From assembly GCF_001194135.2 (NCBI RefSeq), contig NC_068995.1, forward strand, positions 15,861,821-15,905,121: DNA of 43,301 nucleotides, in the 5' to 3' direction. Of the stretch, positions 22,467 to 34,204 are shown piece by piece. A program made the position numbers and the translations under genes. The DNA comes from Octopus bimaculoides (lineage: Eukaryota). Each line of letters opens with the position of its first letter. Positions within the stretch are counted from its first letter, which is position 1. The notes beneath the pieces are model-generated. The model did not search any database, was not told the DNA's origin, and saw only the letters and a list, made by a program, of their open reading frames with translations.

Positions 22467-22500
<34 letters not shown>

Positions 22501-22824
22501 ATACAATGATATCTCCATAATATATTGGTGAGATAAAACATGTAAGAGTTACCAAAATAGCAAAAATTATTATTAATAATATTATGAGGCTTTTCTCCCT
22601 TAGACGGATTTTTATTTAAGGAGGAATTTGAATATGACTCAGACTTAGAGAATATAAATTTTCTGGTGTTTACTTTTTACTTATTACCCTGAGGATGTGT
22701 AAGGTAATTTACTTATTTAACTTGAATTGAGAGTTGAATTTTGACCTTATACAGAAATGTTGACATAGGTAATAAACTTTAATATAAATGGATATTAGCG
22801 CCAAAACTCTTATTTAAATTTTTG

Positions 22825-22914
<90 letters not shown>

Positions 22915-23188
22915 AGAGAGAGAGACAGACAAACAGACATGCAATAATGATAAGGATAATGCAAACTAGTCACTGGCTCTCAGGTCTTCTGGTCTTAGCT
23001 GATTTAAATTGTTATCACGTATATGTTTTGTCCAGGTATAATAGTTGGATACGGCAAATATTCTTCTGAACATCACATGTCTGCTTGTCAGTTGTTTGCC
23101 ATTAACCAGTTGCGTATGTTCCTTAGTGGCTGATGATATGTGCATCTCTGATCATGTACAAATGCAGGGGTGGGGTGGGGGAAAGGTA

Positions 23189-23235
23189 TCATAGCCGTGT
23201 GTCGAGAGGAATTCGTTGGGGTTTGAATAATTCAC
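23189..23235 (-). CDS. ITIH: Candidate last coding exon of ITIH-like copy B (GELFKPQRIPLDTRL*)
   Basis: Acceptor ctctctttacaaag|GT is phase-1 compatible and gives VIG-ELF, like ITIH LLG-QF. A homologous piece at 5880-5926 has an acceptor and a TGA at the same codon. It is much shorter than a canonical ITIH C-terminus, so the call is tentative. Confidence 0.4.
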
Positions 23236-23515
23236 CTTTGTAAAGAGAGGTTTTTCGTTCAACACTCTTAAACAATACTTTCTCATGGACCTTTTGAGTT
23301 GCTTGGGATACTCCTCATGAAGAAAACTCAAACTCGGCTCCATCTGCAAGCTCATGCGCTGTTTATCTTGATACGAGAACACTATGTCGGGCACATATGG
23401 TTGTGATGTAAGTACCTGGTGTACCCTTATTAGACAGGTAGTCATGATGGGTATACTAGGCTTTGTATATTTGTACCCCAATGTCAGTTTGATGGCATCC
23501 GCAGCACTCTCCACC

Positions 23516-23568
<53 letters not shown>

Positions 23569-23593
23569 TGATGAAGAATACAAAGCAACTCAC

Positions 23594-23953
23594 CAATAAC
23601 TCCAGATACTTTTGGAGAGAATCCTTTGTCGTCCATGAGAAAGAAATCTAAATAACCATATTTAGGTCCCATACGTGCGTGTAAGTTCCGTCTGATAAGA
23701 AACGTTAAACCAGGATTAATTTCTATTTCCACAAGCGTTCCTTTTCCATTCACTTCGCAAGATGCTCCAGCAAAGGCGATATCTGCTTCATGCTTCCAAA
23801 TCAGGCGTTTACCGTTGAATACTATCTGGTGCGTTGCTATCATTATTTCTACATCGGCAGTTTTAATATAAACTTTACCGATGTATGTCCTGTTTGGACG
23901 ACCGGGCTTATAACTTCCTGTACCCTCCATTATTTTCGCCGATACATTGATTT
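23594..23953 (-). CDS. ITIH: ITIH-like exon (copy B), ITI_HC_C domain core
   Basis: Acceptor ttcccacgacag|AA, donor ATTG|GTGAGT, 360 nt, phase 1 to 1, open. INVSAKIM...RTYIGKV...YLDFFLMDDKGFSPKVSGVIG matches the ITIH RTY... / L-x-F-[YF]...G-x-S-x-x-x-x-G-[LV]-[LI]-G pattern. Confidence 0.9.
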
Positions 23954-23987
23954 CTGTCGTGGGAAAAAAATAAAATATTCATATCGG

Positions 23988-24033
<46 letters not shown>

Positions 24034-24035
<2 letters not shown>

Positions 24036-24948
24036 AGAAAGCAAGAAACATCAAAAGCAGTAAAACAACTGATATACAAACTAAATCAGGAACAACAACG
24101 GATCATGATAAAACGATGTTCAAGAAAACCCCTTCATGGCAAATACTGGGTTAAAATGAATAGAAAGGTGATAGACAATGCAAAATTTCAACAATGGATG
24201 AGAAGGTCATGATTCAAAGCAGAGACTGAAAGATTTTTATTTGCAGCACAAGCCGCCTCACTAGAAATTACCAAAAACATGTAATGATAAGATATACAAA
24301 TAACTTCAGCATATGTGGATATGGACAAGAAACAGTAAATCATATTGTCGCTAGCTACAAAGTCGTGACTAAGAAGAAATGTATTCACAGACATGACAGA
24401 GTTTGGATCTATATATACTGGAAGCTATGCCAACACTATGGAATAACAAGAGAAAAAAAGATGATACAGGCACACACCAGAAAAGGTCGCAGAAAATGAA
24501 AAAGCAACCATACTATGCCAATACTCTCAGATAGAGAATTTAATGCCAATAGGCCGGATATATATGCTTTCTAACAGATGTATCAGTACCACCAGATGAT
24601 AATGTTTCTCTAAAAGAAAGAGAGAAACTTTCAAAATACAAAGACCTGGAAATAGAGATACCTAGAATAAGGAGTCTAAAAACAGAAACAACTCCTATCA
24701 TAGTAGGCACATTAGGTAGGATTAAAAAGTACTCAGACAAATATATAACAAAATCACCAGAACTAACAAGTATATTCAACATAGTATATTCAACAAGAAA
24801 ATAGTACTACTGGACACTACACACACCCTACGTAAAACACTTTCAATATAGTAAAAATAAGAGCATCACAGCAAAGCCCTGTACATACCCAAGGCACACA
24901 GAGCTACGCTCGGTAGTTCAATGAAAGCACGTGATGAAAACAAGACTA

Positions 24949-24992
<44 letters not shown>

Positions 24993-25008
24993 TAATAATA
25001 ATAATAAT
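24034..25008 (+). mobile_element. 5'-truncated R4/Dong-like non-LTR retrotransposon with (TAA)n tail
   Basis: TRNYQKH..CGYGQETVNHIV..HRHDRV..IYWKLCQHYG (zinc-knuckle region), then restriction-like endonuclease DVSVPPDDNVSLKEREKLSKYKDLEIEI..IIVGTLG. (TAA)n on both sides (23989-24033, 24952-25008). Confidence 0.88.
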
Positions 25009-25184
25009 ATTCCTTTCTGTTATAAGCCACTTCGGTGGCATATGGACTGAAATTGCTTCAAGGAATACTACATGCAAAAATTGGTTTCTAAGGTTGAATC
25101 CTATTTATAACTTCTACGGATTCCTTGGGGCTCCATAACCTCCTAAACCTTGATCCTTGGATCTTACCTTTAAGCCTCTCTGTA

Positions 25185-25220
<36 letters not shown>

Positions 25221-25679
25221 CCACTATATATATTTTAAAGCATTAATACGGAAGACTGAGTGTAACTAGAGGCATTTATTATGTATATTCTGTCTGAGAC
25301 ATTGTATTCGTTTATGCGCTGTAACTGAGTGGTTTGACAAAAAGAGCGGTGAATTAAGAATAATTCTTTAAAACAATAGAGTCAATACGGTCGAATGATT
25401 TCTTGAACGCTGCATCCCAGTATGTCCACCGTTAATGAGTTGACCCCCCCNNNNNNNNNNNNNNNNNNNNNNNNNNNNNNNNTAAAAAAGATAAAAGAAA
25501 AATACCTCCTCTGCTGATATCACTAACCCTGCTTCCTCTTTTGTGTTCAACGATATTGATTTAATTTCCCAGATATAAATAGAATATTTATGATTTTGCA
25601 ATAAGACTTCTCTGATTTCTCCTCTCGAATATCAGAAACACAGATATTATATATGAACAAAGCTGAGAATTTAACTTAC

Positions 25680-25796
25680 TTAATACTGGATCATATATTA
25701 ACGTCATTAGTCTTCCTGCTTTTGCGGGCATTTTGTAACATACAGGGAAAGTCACGTTTTTCAGTTTCACAAAGAAATGGGGATCACCATAAGAAC
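25680..25796 (-). CDS. ITIH: ITIH-like exon (copy B) carrying the GDPH motif, start of ITI_HC_C domain
   Basis: Acceptor tttccag|GT, donor TTAA|GTAAGT, 117 nt, phase 1 to 1. SYGDPHFFVKLKNVTFPVCYKMPAKAGRLMTLIYDPVL corresponds to ITIH DPHF-x-x...CF...L-x-x-DP. Confidence 0.9.
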
Positions 25797-26034
25797 CTGG
25801 AAACATGAAAAACACAAAAAGCGAACAATGTGAAATTAACTTGCATTAACATAGAAACATGGATTTGTGAATATATGGAGAGATGTGAAGCTATAAGTTA
25901 GTGAGTCCGTCACGACCATGATGTTTTATAAAGATACGCTGTTTAAATTGTTTCTTAAATGTATGCATATAAAATAAACAAATGCTAATACAAATTGTAA
26001 GTTGTACACTTTTTATTAATAGAGTGAGTTGTAA

Positions 26035-26235
26035 GGTGTTGAAATGGCAGAATCGTTAGCACGCTGGGTAAAACTCTTACTGCTAATTCACTTGTCGATA
26101 CGTTCTGAGTTCGAATTCTGCCGCCATCGACTTAAGCTTTCGTTCTTCCGCGGTCGACAAATTAAGTACCAGTCAACGACTAATGTCAATGTGATCAAAT
26201 ATTCCCCTTTCTGTGAATTCCAGTCTTGATTATTA
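26035..26235 (+). mobile_element. SINE family 1
   Basis: tggcagaatcgttagcacgc...ctgagttcgaattc...ttaagtaccagt. Confidence 0.7.
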
Positions 26236-26530
26236 CAGTGAGATGTAGAATATGAAATTTCCTACGGAAAGACCAATTTTTTTTTTTTTTTTCTTTTACT
26301 TTACATTGCAGTATAGAAATAATTTCGCTTTAACTAGCAGATTCATTACTTTTGTTAGACGTATTGAAATACCATTTATTATGCTTTGTTTAACATTGCA
26401 ATGAGAATTTCGGGCATCTGTAAAGTTCTCAAAATCTATTTACTGCCAATGACTAAACTGGATGGAAACATAAAGTTATTAAGGAACAATATTTAAAAAG
26501 TATTTAGAATAAATATATTGTCGTACATAC

Positions 26531-26554
26531 CTCCACTTGGTACGTGCGGGGTTA
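26531..26554 (-). CDS. ITIH: 24-nt microexon of ITIH-like gene (copy B)
   Basis: Acceptor ctctgttaacag, donor GAG|GTATGT, phase 1 to 1, (x)TPHVPSG(G). Same length and both splice sites are present at the homologous position in copy A. Joins in frame to the GDPH exon. Confidence 0.65.
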
Positions 26555-26595
26555 CTGTTAACAGAGAAATAGAACATTGGAATATTAATGTTAGC

Positions 26596-26673
<78 letters not shown>

Positions 26674-27443
26674 TGTGTGTGTGTGTGTGTTTTGTAGTAA
26701 TGTGAATTAGTTATTAGTAAATAGTTCATGCTTGTTATTTATTGGAAACAATATTAGTAAGTTACACGTATCAAGGTGACAATTTTTAATATGAATAAAA
26801 TGAAGATAATGTTTTAAAGCAGTGTATGTCACAAGTCGATTGATTGTGTGTATTGAAAGAAAGACAAGCATAGTGTTCCGTTCAATAAAATTAAGATGAA
26901 TTCTAAACTAAGTAAATGTCTCAATGACATTTTGGTTATAAAAGAAGGGATATCAAAAATGTCACTAATATAGGTGTGTGCATGTGCATATGCGTGTACA
27001 CACAGACACACGCATGCATATACGCATACATATACATATATATACGTGTATATATATTTTTATGATGAGTGTATATGAACAAAAGTATATCTGTATATAA
27101 TATTTATATTACTAAAGTCTCATGGGTTCGAATTAATGCTGCTACCAACTGATTTCATGCCGTAGAAGCAGAGGAAAATTTAACAATCCTCGGAAAATGC
27201 AGAGGAAAATTCAACAACCTTCGGACACACCTTCATATATATACCGAAGAAGACCATCACTAACCATTGTCCATGCAAAATGTCAGCAATGCCCATGGAT
27301 GAAAGCATTGCATCAGCTGTAGGCTTCACCCGGCTTCGTGTCCGTGACTTCCACCCTCACCGATGGGCCCTCCTACTTGATTGGACGTCGCAGTTTCAGG
27401 TATATTGGAGCGTCATACATACATACATACATACATACATACA

Positions 27444-27474
<31 letters not shown>

Positions 27475-27812
27475 GCACATACAGGTGTATGTATGAGTAT
27501 GTCTTACACACGAGTAAGTACAAAATGCAAAACAAGGTGAAAAAAATTAAGTTTCTTTTTATTAAAGCTCCAAAAACTGCTACTTAGAGTTTCATGTTCG
27601 TGTTCCCTGAGCAGTTGTGACACAGAATGGAATAAAATTGTGATGGTACATGTAATATATTGTCTGATATAGTTCAATTTCACGAATAGGTATTTGAATT
27701 TGTTTGAGTATTTTCGATATTTTCAATACGATATATTTTAGTGTTCAATTTATACTCTCCCGATCAGGCAAACCCTTAATAAATACAAGACACTTCTTTT
27801 ATTCAAACTAAA

Positions 27813-27904
27813 TTACCCAATCAAATTCAAATACGTATTCGTCAAATTGGAATATATCAAATCATATATTCCATGTACCATCATAATTTTGTTCCATATC
27901 ATAT
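27813..27904 (-). CDS. Candidate alternative last exon (copy B), MIWNKIMMVHGIYDLIYSNLTNTYLNLIG*
   Basis: Acceptor ttcccgttcgtctcacag; phase-1 frame open for 29 codons to TAA; block identical to copy A; AATAAA on the minus strand at 27558-27563. No recognised homology. Confidence 0.35.
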
Positions 27905-27976
27905 CTGTGAGACGAACGGGAACATGAAACACCGAGCAGCATCTTTTGATGTTTTTGCAGCTTTAATAACAACTAC

Positions 27977-28059
<83 letters not shown>

Positions 28060-28072
28060 TAATAACTATAGC

Positions 28073-28455
28073 AGAGGAACTTGTCTGTTAATATGTCTGT
28101 CCTACAAGATCAAATTTTCACATGAAAGGAATACGAAAAGCTTTCCCACTATAAAGATCTGCAAATTGAAATCACAAAAATGTGGAAACTTAATACTACT
28201 ATAATACCAGTGGTAATTTTTGAGTTGGGAATGATAAAGAAGGGAGCTTAGAAGTATATTAAGCAACTCCCTGGTAACTCCAATCTCCGTGAACTACAAA
28301 AGATAACCTTGATAGGTACAGGTCATATACTAAGGAAAACACTCCCCACCTAAATTGCAATAAATGTGGTGATAATGTTAGAATGCGTACCAAAACAAAA
28401 GTGACCTTGCTACTCTTGGCCTCCGGCAGCAGAAATAAAATTACAATTGAAGGAA
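28073..28455 (+). mobile_element. R4/Dong-like 3' fragment (duplicate of 7478-7890)
   Basis: Collinear nucleotide match to 7478-7890; preceded by (TAA)n 27978-28066. Confidence 0.8.
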
Positions 28456-30081
28456 ATCATAAATAACCATTTGCTGTTGCTGGCACTCCGTCGCTTACGA
28501 CGTCGATGGTTCCAGTTGATCCGATCAACGGAACAGCCTGCTCGTGAAATTAACGTGCAAGTGGCTGAGCACTCCATAGACACGTGTACACTTAACGTAG
28601 TTCTCCAGGAGATTCAGCGTGACACAGTGTGACAAGGCTGACTCTTTGAATTACGGCACAACCGAAACAGGAAGTAAGACTGAGAGAAAGTTGTGGTGAA
28701 AGAGTACAGCAGGGTTCGCCACCATCCCCTGCGGGAGCCTCGTGGAGCTTTTAGNNNNNNNNNNNNNNNNNNNNNNNNNNNNNNNNNNNNNNNNNNNNNN
28801 NNNNNNNNNNNNNNNNNNNNNNNNNNNNNNNNNNNNNNNNNNNNNNNNNNNNNNNNNNNNNNNNNNNNNNNNNNNNNNNNNNNNNNNNNNNNNNNNNNNN
28901 NNNNNNNNNNNNNNNNNNNNNNNNNNNNNNNNNNNNNNNNNNNNNNNNNNNNNNNNNNNNNNNNNNNNNNNNNNNNNNNNNNNNNNNNNNNNNNNNNNNN
29001 NNNNNNNNNNNNNNNNNNNNNNNNNNNNNNNNNNNNNNNNNNNNNNNNNNNNNNNNNNNNNNNNNNNNNNNNNNNNNNNNNNNNNNNNNNNNNNNNNNNN
29101 NNNNNNNNNNNNNNNNNNNNNNNNNNNNNNNNNNNNNNNNNNNNNNNNNNNNNNNNNNNNNNNNNNNNNNNNNNNNNNNNNNNNNNNNNNNNNNNNNNNN
29201 NNNNNNNNNNNNNNNNNNNNNNNNNNNNNNNNNNNNNNNNNNNNNNNNNNNNNNNNNNNNNNNNNNNNNNNNNNNNNNNNNNNNNNNNNNNNNNNNNNNN
29301 NNNNNNNNNNNNNNNNNNNNNNNNNNNNNNNNNNNNNNNNNNNNNNNNNNNNNNNNNNNNNNNNNNNNNNNNNNNNNNNNNNNNNNNNNNNNNNNNNNNN
29401 NNNNNNNNNNNNNNNNNNNNNNNNNNNNNNNNNNNNNNNNNNNNNNNNNNNNNNNNNNNNNNNNNNNNNNNNNNNNNNNNNNNNNNNNNNNNNNNNNNNN
29501 NNNNNNNNNNNNNNNNNNNNNNNNNNNNNNNNNNNNNNNNNNNNNNNNNNNNNNNNNNNNNNNNNNNNNNNNNNNNNNNNNNNNNNNNNNNNNNNNNNNN
29601 NNNNNNNNNNNNNNNNNNNNNNNNNNNNNATATATATGTATATATTAAAAGGCAAGTTGTCTGCTGTGTGTCGTGTGAACTACTTATACTCCTACAATTT
29701 TCAACCGAATTTCAACAAACGTGTCATGTGTGCTCTCTTTTAGTTAGGATGCTTATTCTTATAATTTTTTCCTCGAAATTTCGCGCCCCCAACATAAATA
29801 GGCTACTTTCAATTCGCCTAGGATTTGAATCCACCATGTCTATTCAACTGTACGCGTACAATTTTCGGCGCTGTTTTAGAACCGCACCTCTCCGAGAAAA
29901 TGACGCCTAATTTCTAAAAAAAATTATGAAAATGGGAAATATATCCAAAATAAATGAAGAATGTAAAAAATTAGGAAGATTCATATTTTTTTAAACATCT
30001 TATACTAAAAAATAAAACACAGAAAACGGGCACTCGCGAATATAAACAAACATGTCGTACGATACAAGGAGTGGTATCTTG

Positions 30082-30350
30082 TCTATATGAAAATGAGAAT
30101 GTATATGCGTCTGTCTGTCTGTGAATCGCTAAAACTCGAGAACTACACAACCGATTTCATTCAAATTTTACACATGTCTTACTTTGGGTCTATGCAGTGT
30201 CATGGGTCTAAACAACGTTTCAACTTGTTGCCTAATGCGAGCCTATAGCAATCTCTTATCGCTTACACTATTTCATTATTACGTCTCTATTGTAATGTGA
30301 GATAATACTTTCAGGTTGAAAGAAATCGTTCCTATATATACATACATACA

Positions 30351-30427
<77 letters not shown>

Positions 30428-32000
30428 NNNNNNNNNNNNNNNNNNNNNNNNNNNNNNNNNNNNNNNNNNNNNNNNNNNNNNNNNNNNNNNNNNNNNNNNN
30501 NNNNNNNNNNNNNNNNNNNNNNNNNNNNNNNNNNNNNNNNNNNNNNNNNNNNNNNNNNNNNNNNNNNNNNNNNNNNNNNNNNNNNNNNNNNNNNNNNNNN
30601 NNNNNNNNNNNNNNNNNNNNNNNNNNNNNNNNNNNNNNNNNNNNNNNNNNNNNNNNNNNNNNNNNNNNNNNNNNNNNNNNNNNNNNNNNNNNNNNNNNNN
30701 NNNNNNNNNNNNNNNNNNNNNNNNNNNNNNNNNNNNNNNNNNNNNNNNNNNNNNNNNNNNNNNNNNNNNNNNNNNNNNNNNNNNNNNNNNNNNNNNNNNN
30801 NNNNNNNNNNNNNNNNNNNNNNNNNNNNNNNNNNNNNNNNNNNNNNNNNNNNNNNNNNNNNNNNNNNNNNNNNNNNNNNNNNNNNNNNNNNNNNNNNNNN
30901 NNNNNNNNNNNNNNNNNNNNNNNNNNNNNNNNNNNNNNNNNNNNNNNNNNNNNNNNNNNNNNNNNNNNNNNNNNNNNNNNNNNNNNNNNNNNNNNNNNNN
31001 NNNNNNNNNNNNNNNNNNNNNNNNNNNNNNNNNNNNNNNNNNNNNNNNNNNNNNNNNNNNNNNNNNNNNNNNNNNNNNNNNNNNNNNNNNNNNNNNNNNN
31101 NNNNNNNNNNNNNNNNNNNNNNNNNNNNNNNNNNNNNNNNNNNNNATATATATATATATATATACGTATACATATATATATATATATATACGTATACATA
31201 TATATATATATATATATGTATTAAGAAATTTATCTTTAATAATAATCATTCTGGCGTTTACCGTTAAATTAGCAGTTCATACTTGTGATTCTATTTGGTT
31301 AATTTACAATGCATATAGAAATAAAAGCATAGTACCTAAAAAGAACTGCTTACAAAAATAGGGATTAATGTATAATTTCTTTCTATGTTCATAATTTTTG
31401 GTTTACAATATTGAAAAAAATATGCCACCGTAGAAAAGACGTGGTCTCTCCAGAAACAAATATAAAGAAAGGAGGATTGTAGAAAACCGAAGGCGAGTGT
31501 CTGTAGAGAGAAGCAAGATGAGATTTTCTTAAGTTCAGCAAACGTATCTTGCAGCGATTAATGCTGGGTCATTAAATCTATGTTTTAATGATTAGAAAGA
31601 GGTACAATAGAATATCCCTCAGAAACAGATTAAGTACAAATTGGTTCTTCACAACCTCTGAAGCTCTTTTCAGATATAATCCATCCCATTCTTATAAAAA
31701 TGATAACTCCGTGGAAATTGGTGTGCTAAACAGAAATTGTCGTTTCTATAGAGCTTTAAAATTTTCAAATGAAACAAATGGTATGTGCTGCTCAGGTGGA
31801 CAGGTAACATTGTTAGCACTACCAGCTCCTTCTCAGCGGTTTATGGATCCTCTAGAAGACTCTTCCATCCAATCAAAGGATTTTCTCAATAATATCAGAC
31901 AATACAACTCTTCAATTTAAATGACATCGTTTACTGCATTTAACAAGATAGTTAAACATGAATTTACGCCGATGTCAGAGTTCAATGAGTATCATCTCAC
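30082..32000 (+). mobile_element. Decayed Helitron: 5'-terminal-like sequence plus Rep N-terminal coding fragment (gap inside)
   Basis: 31690-31940 reads CRFYRALKFSNETNGMCCSGGQVTL...SKDFLNNIRQYNSSI*MTSF (Helitron CCxxGKV...FLxNIRxYNSxFxMTSF). 30082-30180 starts TCTATATGAAAATGAG...ctgtctgtct...TCGCTAAAACTCGAGAAC...ACCGATTT, typical of Helitron 5' ends. That both pieces belong to one element is inferred. Confidence 0.75.
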
Positions 32001-32638
32001 AGAAGCAATGAGTATCACCTCATTGCTTCCCTGTTATCCACAAATATCTTGTTGACAATGCTGCACTTTCCCATATCACCTGTTTAAACATAACTGTAAC
32101 ATATTATTTGCAAACTATTCCATTTTAATCCCGAGTAACGGTGGGTATCTTTGCTAATATATNNNNNNNNNNATATATATATAATGTATGCTGTTGTTGT
32201 TGTTTCCTTCTGGAGCCACGCCTGGGTCATAAGGGTCGGTTTCATTGGCGTATAGATATGATTACTGTCATTGATAGAAGAACATTTCTGGAGAATATTC
32301 GCAATAAACATTGTGATGGCGGCTATAGAACAAATTGTAAGCTGCCAAGAACTCACGTGGTCGTGATGCCGTTTCCATTTTTTCACATCCTACTTTCATT
32401 CTCTTACATCACCAATGCATTTACAGGAGGCATTAATTTCACAGTATCCCATTTATCTTGTAAAGAAATTTAATGAATGATTCGTATGAGGTAAAATTGC
32501 AAGTAGAGAACTATTTCGATTATTATTTGATGACAATTGCTTTTTATTGCTCAATTAACAAGCTTGGGAGAGACATAAATCTCATGAAATTTATTCCTTT
32601 CTTGAACAAGAAATCATAAGTAATGTTTCCAATCTTAC

Positions 32639-32983
32639 CTTTAGCGATAGTTCAATCACACGATTTTTCAACTCATCTTTCTCCGTTTGGTTCCCACTGG
32701 CAGTCATTTGATCTAGAATCTGCTTGATTGTCAGATATGCCCACAGTTTCTCTAGAATGCGTTTTATGTCTTTATCAGACAACAAGCTTTCTCTTTTCGC
32801 TTTATCAGACAATTGGAGCGCTTCAGTTGTTTCTCCAACATCAACATCGCCAGAACTTGTGGTGCCAACAATGTTCCATGTAATTCTCGAAGCGTCCTTA
32901 TCCGTCAATTTCCCAGCTATTACCGCTTCTGTACCGTTGAAATATCTGTGGAACACATTATTGGTTAGCGTGTCGCTATCAAC
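32639..32983 (-). CDS. ITIH: ITIH-like exon (copy B), post-vWA hybrid region
   Basis: Acceptor ttacag|GTT, donor AAG|GTAAGA, 345 nt, phase 0 to 0, open. FHRYFNGTEAVIAGKL...EKLWAYLTIKQIL...IELSLK matches ITIH F-x-G-[ST]-E-x-V-x-A-G-K-L and ERLWAYLTIxQLL. Confidence 0.95.
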
Positions 32984-33586
32984 CTGTAATCAGAACAGAA
33001 ATAAGTGTGGCGTATATTCTGAAACAATACTCAAAAATATATCGGAATGCTCCAGATCAACTCCAGGAAAGTATTCTTGGAGAGACAAGATTGTAGCAAA
33101 ACTGCTCTGAATAATGTGCCCATCAAATATCAATTCTTTGAAAAGAAAAAAACTCTTTAACTTATATGAATTTGTAGCCAGAATTTTAGTGTTCTGGGGG
33201 AGCAATGGAGAGTACATGCTTAAAATGTGACGAAGCAACTGAATTAATAAAAAGACGGCAATTACTAACTGTAAATAATGCAACGGGAATTATATACTCT
33301 CTTTCGAAATATACTGGCGGATTGCCTCTAAGGATAGCCATAGGTGCTTTCAAGAAAATTATGACACTAGGATATGCAAATATTGAAACTAAATTCCCAT
33401 ACAATATTTAATTACCTTCAACAGTATTATTATATTTCAAGAGATTTTTCTAAACACAGGCATTATAGGATGGTATTTATGATGTAAATAGTTCATGATT
33501 AAAGAACGAAAAATCTTAAATAAATACTTACAACATGAACATTAAATATGATAATATGAATAATATAAAATCCATAATCGACGTAC

Positions 33587-33945
33587 ATTACCAAAGTATT
33601 TGAATTTTACATCTGTCATCAATGCAGCAGTTATTTCATTGTAAAAAGTTTTCAGCTGCAATTCAGGTTTGTATGCTTCATAGATCTGTCGGGCTACGGC
33701 ATAGTTCTGTAGAGATATTCTCTCAAGTAAGAGAAAATCAGCGTCGGCACCAAAAGCCAGAGAAAATATAGGAATTTTTTCCCGGTTAGCTTCAATCACA
33801 TTGCGCAGGATAATACTGTGGTTAGTCTCACCAGATACGGGTTCGCCGTCAGTTAAAAACACGATTACTGGAGATCGACCTTCTGTATTCGAGACAGGTG
33901 ACATAAAATCGAGCCCATCTAAAAGCGCACGATTGATATCAGTAC
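33587..33945 (-). CDS. ITIH: ITIH-like exon (copy B), vWA domain C-terminal half
   Basis: Acceptor ttaacag|GT, donor AAT|GTACGT, 359 nt, phase 1 to 0. (G)TDINRALL...IVFLTDGEPVSGET...IPIFSLAFGADADFLLLERISLQN...ARQIYE...LQLKTFYNEI follows ITIH GTNIN / LTDG / FSLGFG / RIYE motifs. Confidence 0.95.
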
Positions 33946-34204
33946 CTGTTAAAACAAAACAGAAATATAGATAGTGATACAATGTATACAGCAATTCACC
34001 TCGTCTCCCATCATAGTAACAGGAATATCCAACGGAAGCTCAGTATATAAGCAATCAGCCAGAAGTCGCGTTTATAACCGAATACATCCAATAGAAAACT
34101 TTGGTGTGTGTGTCTAGGAATAAGTGAATTATGGTCTTGGGAAACTTTAACTTACAAAGTGCAGTCAATAGAGTACACCTGCGCCTACTGTACAAAGCGT
34201 ACAC

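Larger units (their letters stand above)
14760..33670. repeat. Tandem segmental duplication, copy B (contiguous with the unique upstream ITIH exons)
   Basis: Same matches as copy A. Longer because of copy-specific SINE, Dong-like and Helitron sequence plus deletions in copy A. Confidence 0.95.

Noticed and set aside
23152-23583. 143-aa ORF as the last ITIH exon
   Set aside because: It starts in a TTA repeat, its strong acceptors are phase 0 rather than phase 1, the copy A equivalent has a stop, and it does not resemble ITIH.
160-33670. Duplication as a pure haplotype or assembly artefact
   Set aside because: The copies differ by about 3-6% in large exons, more in introns, and by several TE insertions and kb-scale deletions, which is more than expected for alleles. 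It is not fully excluded without long reads.
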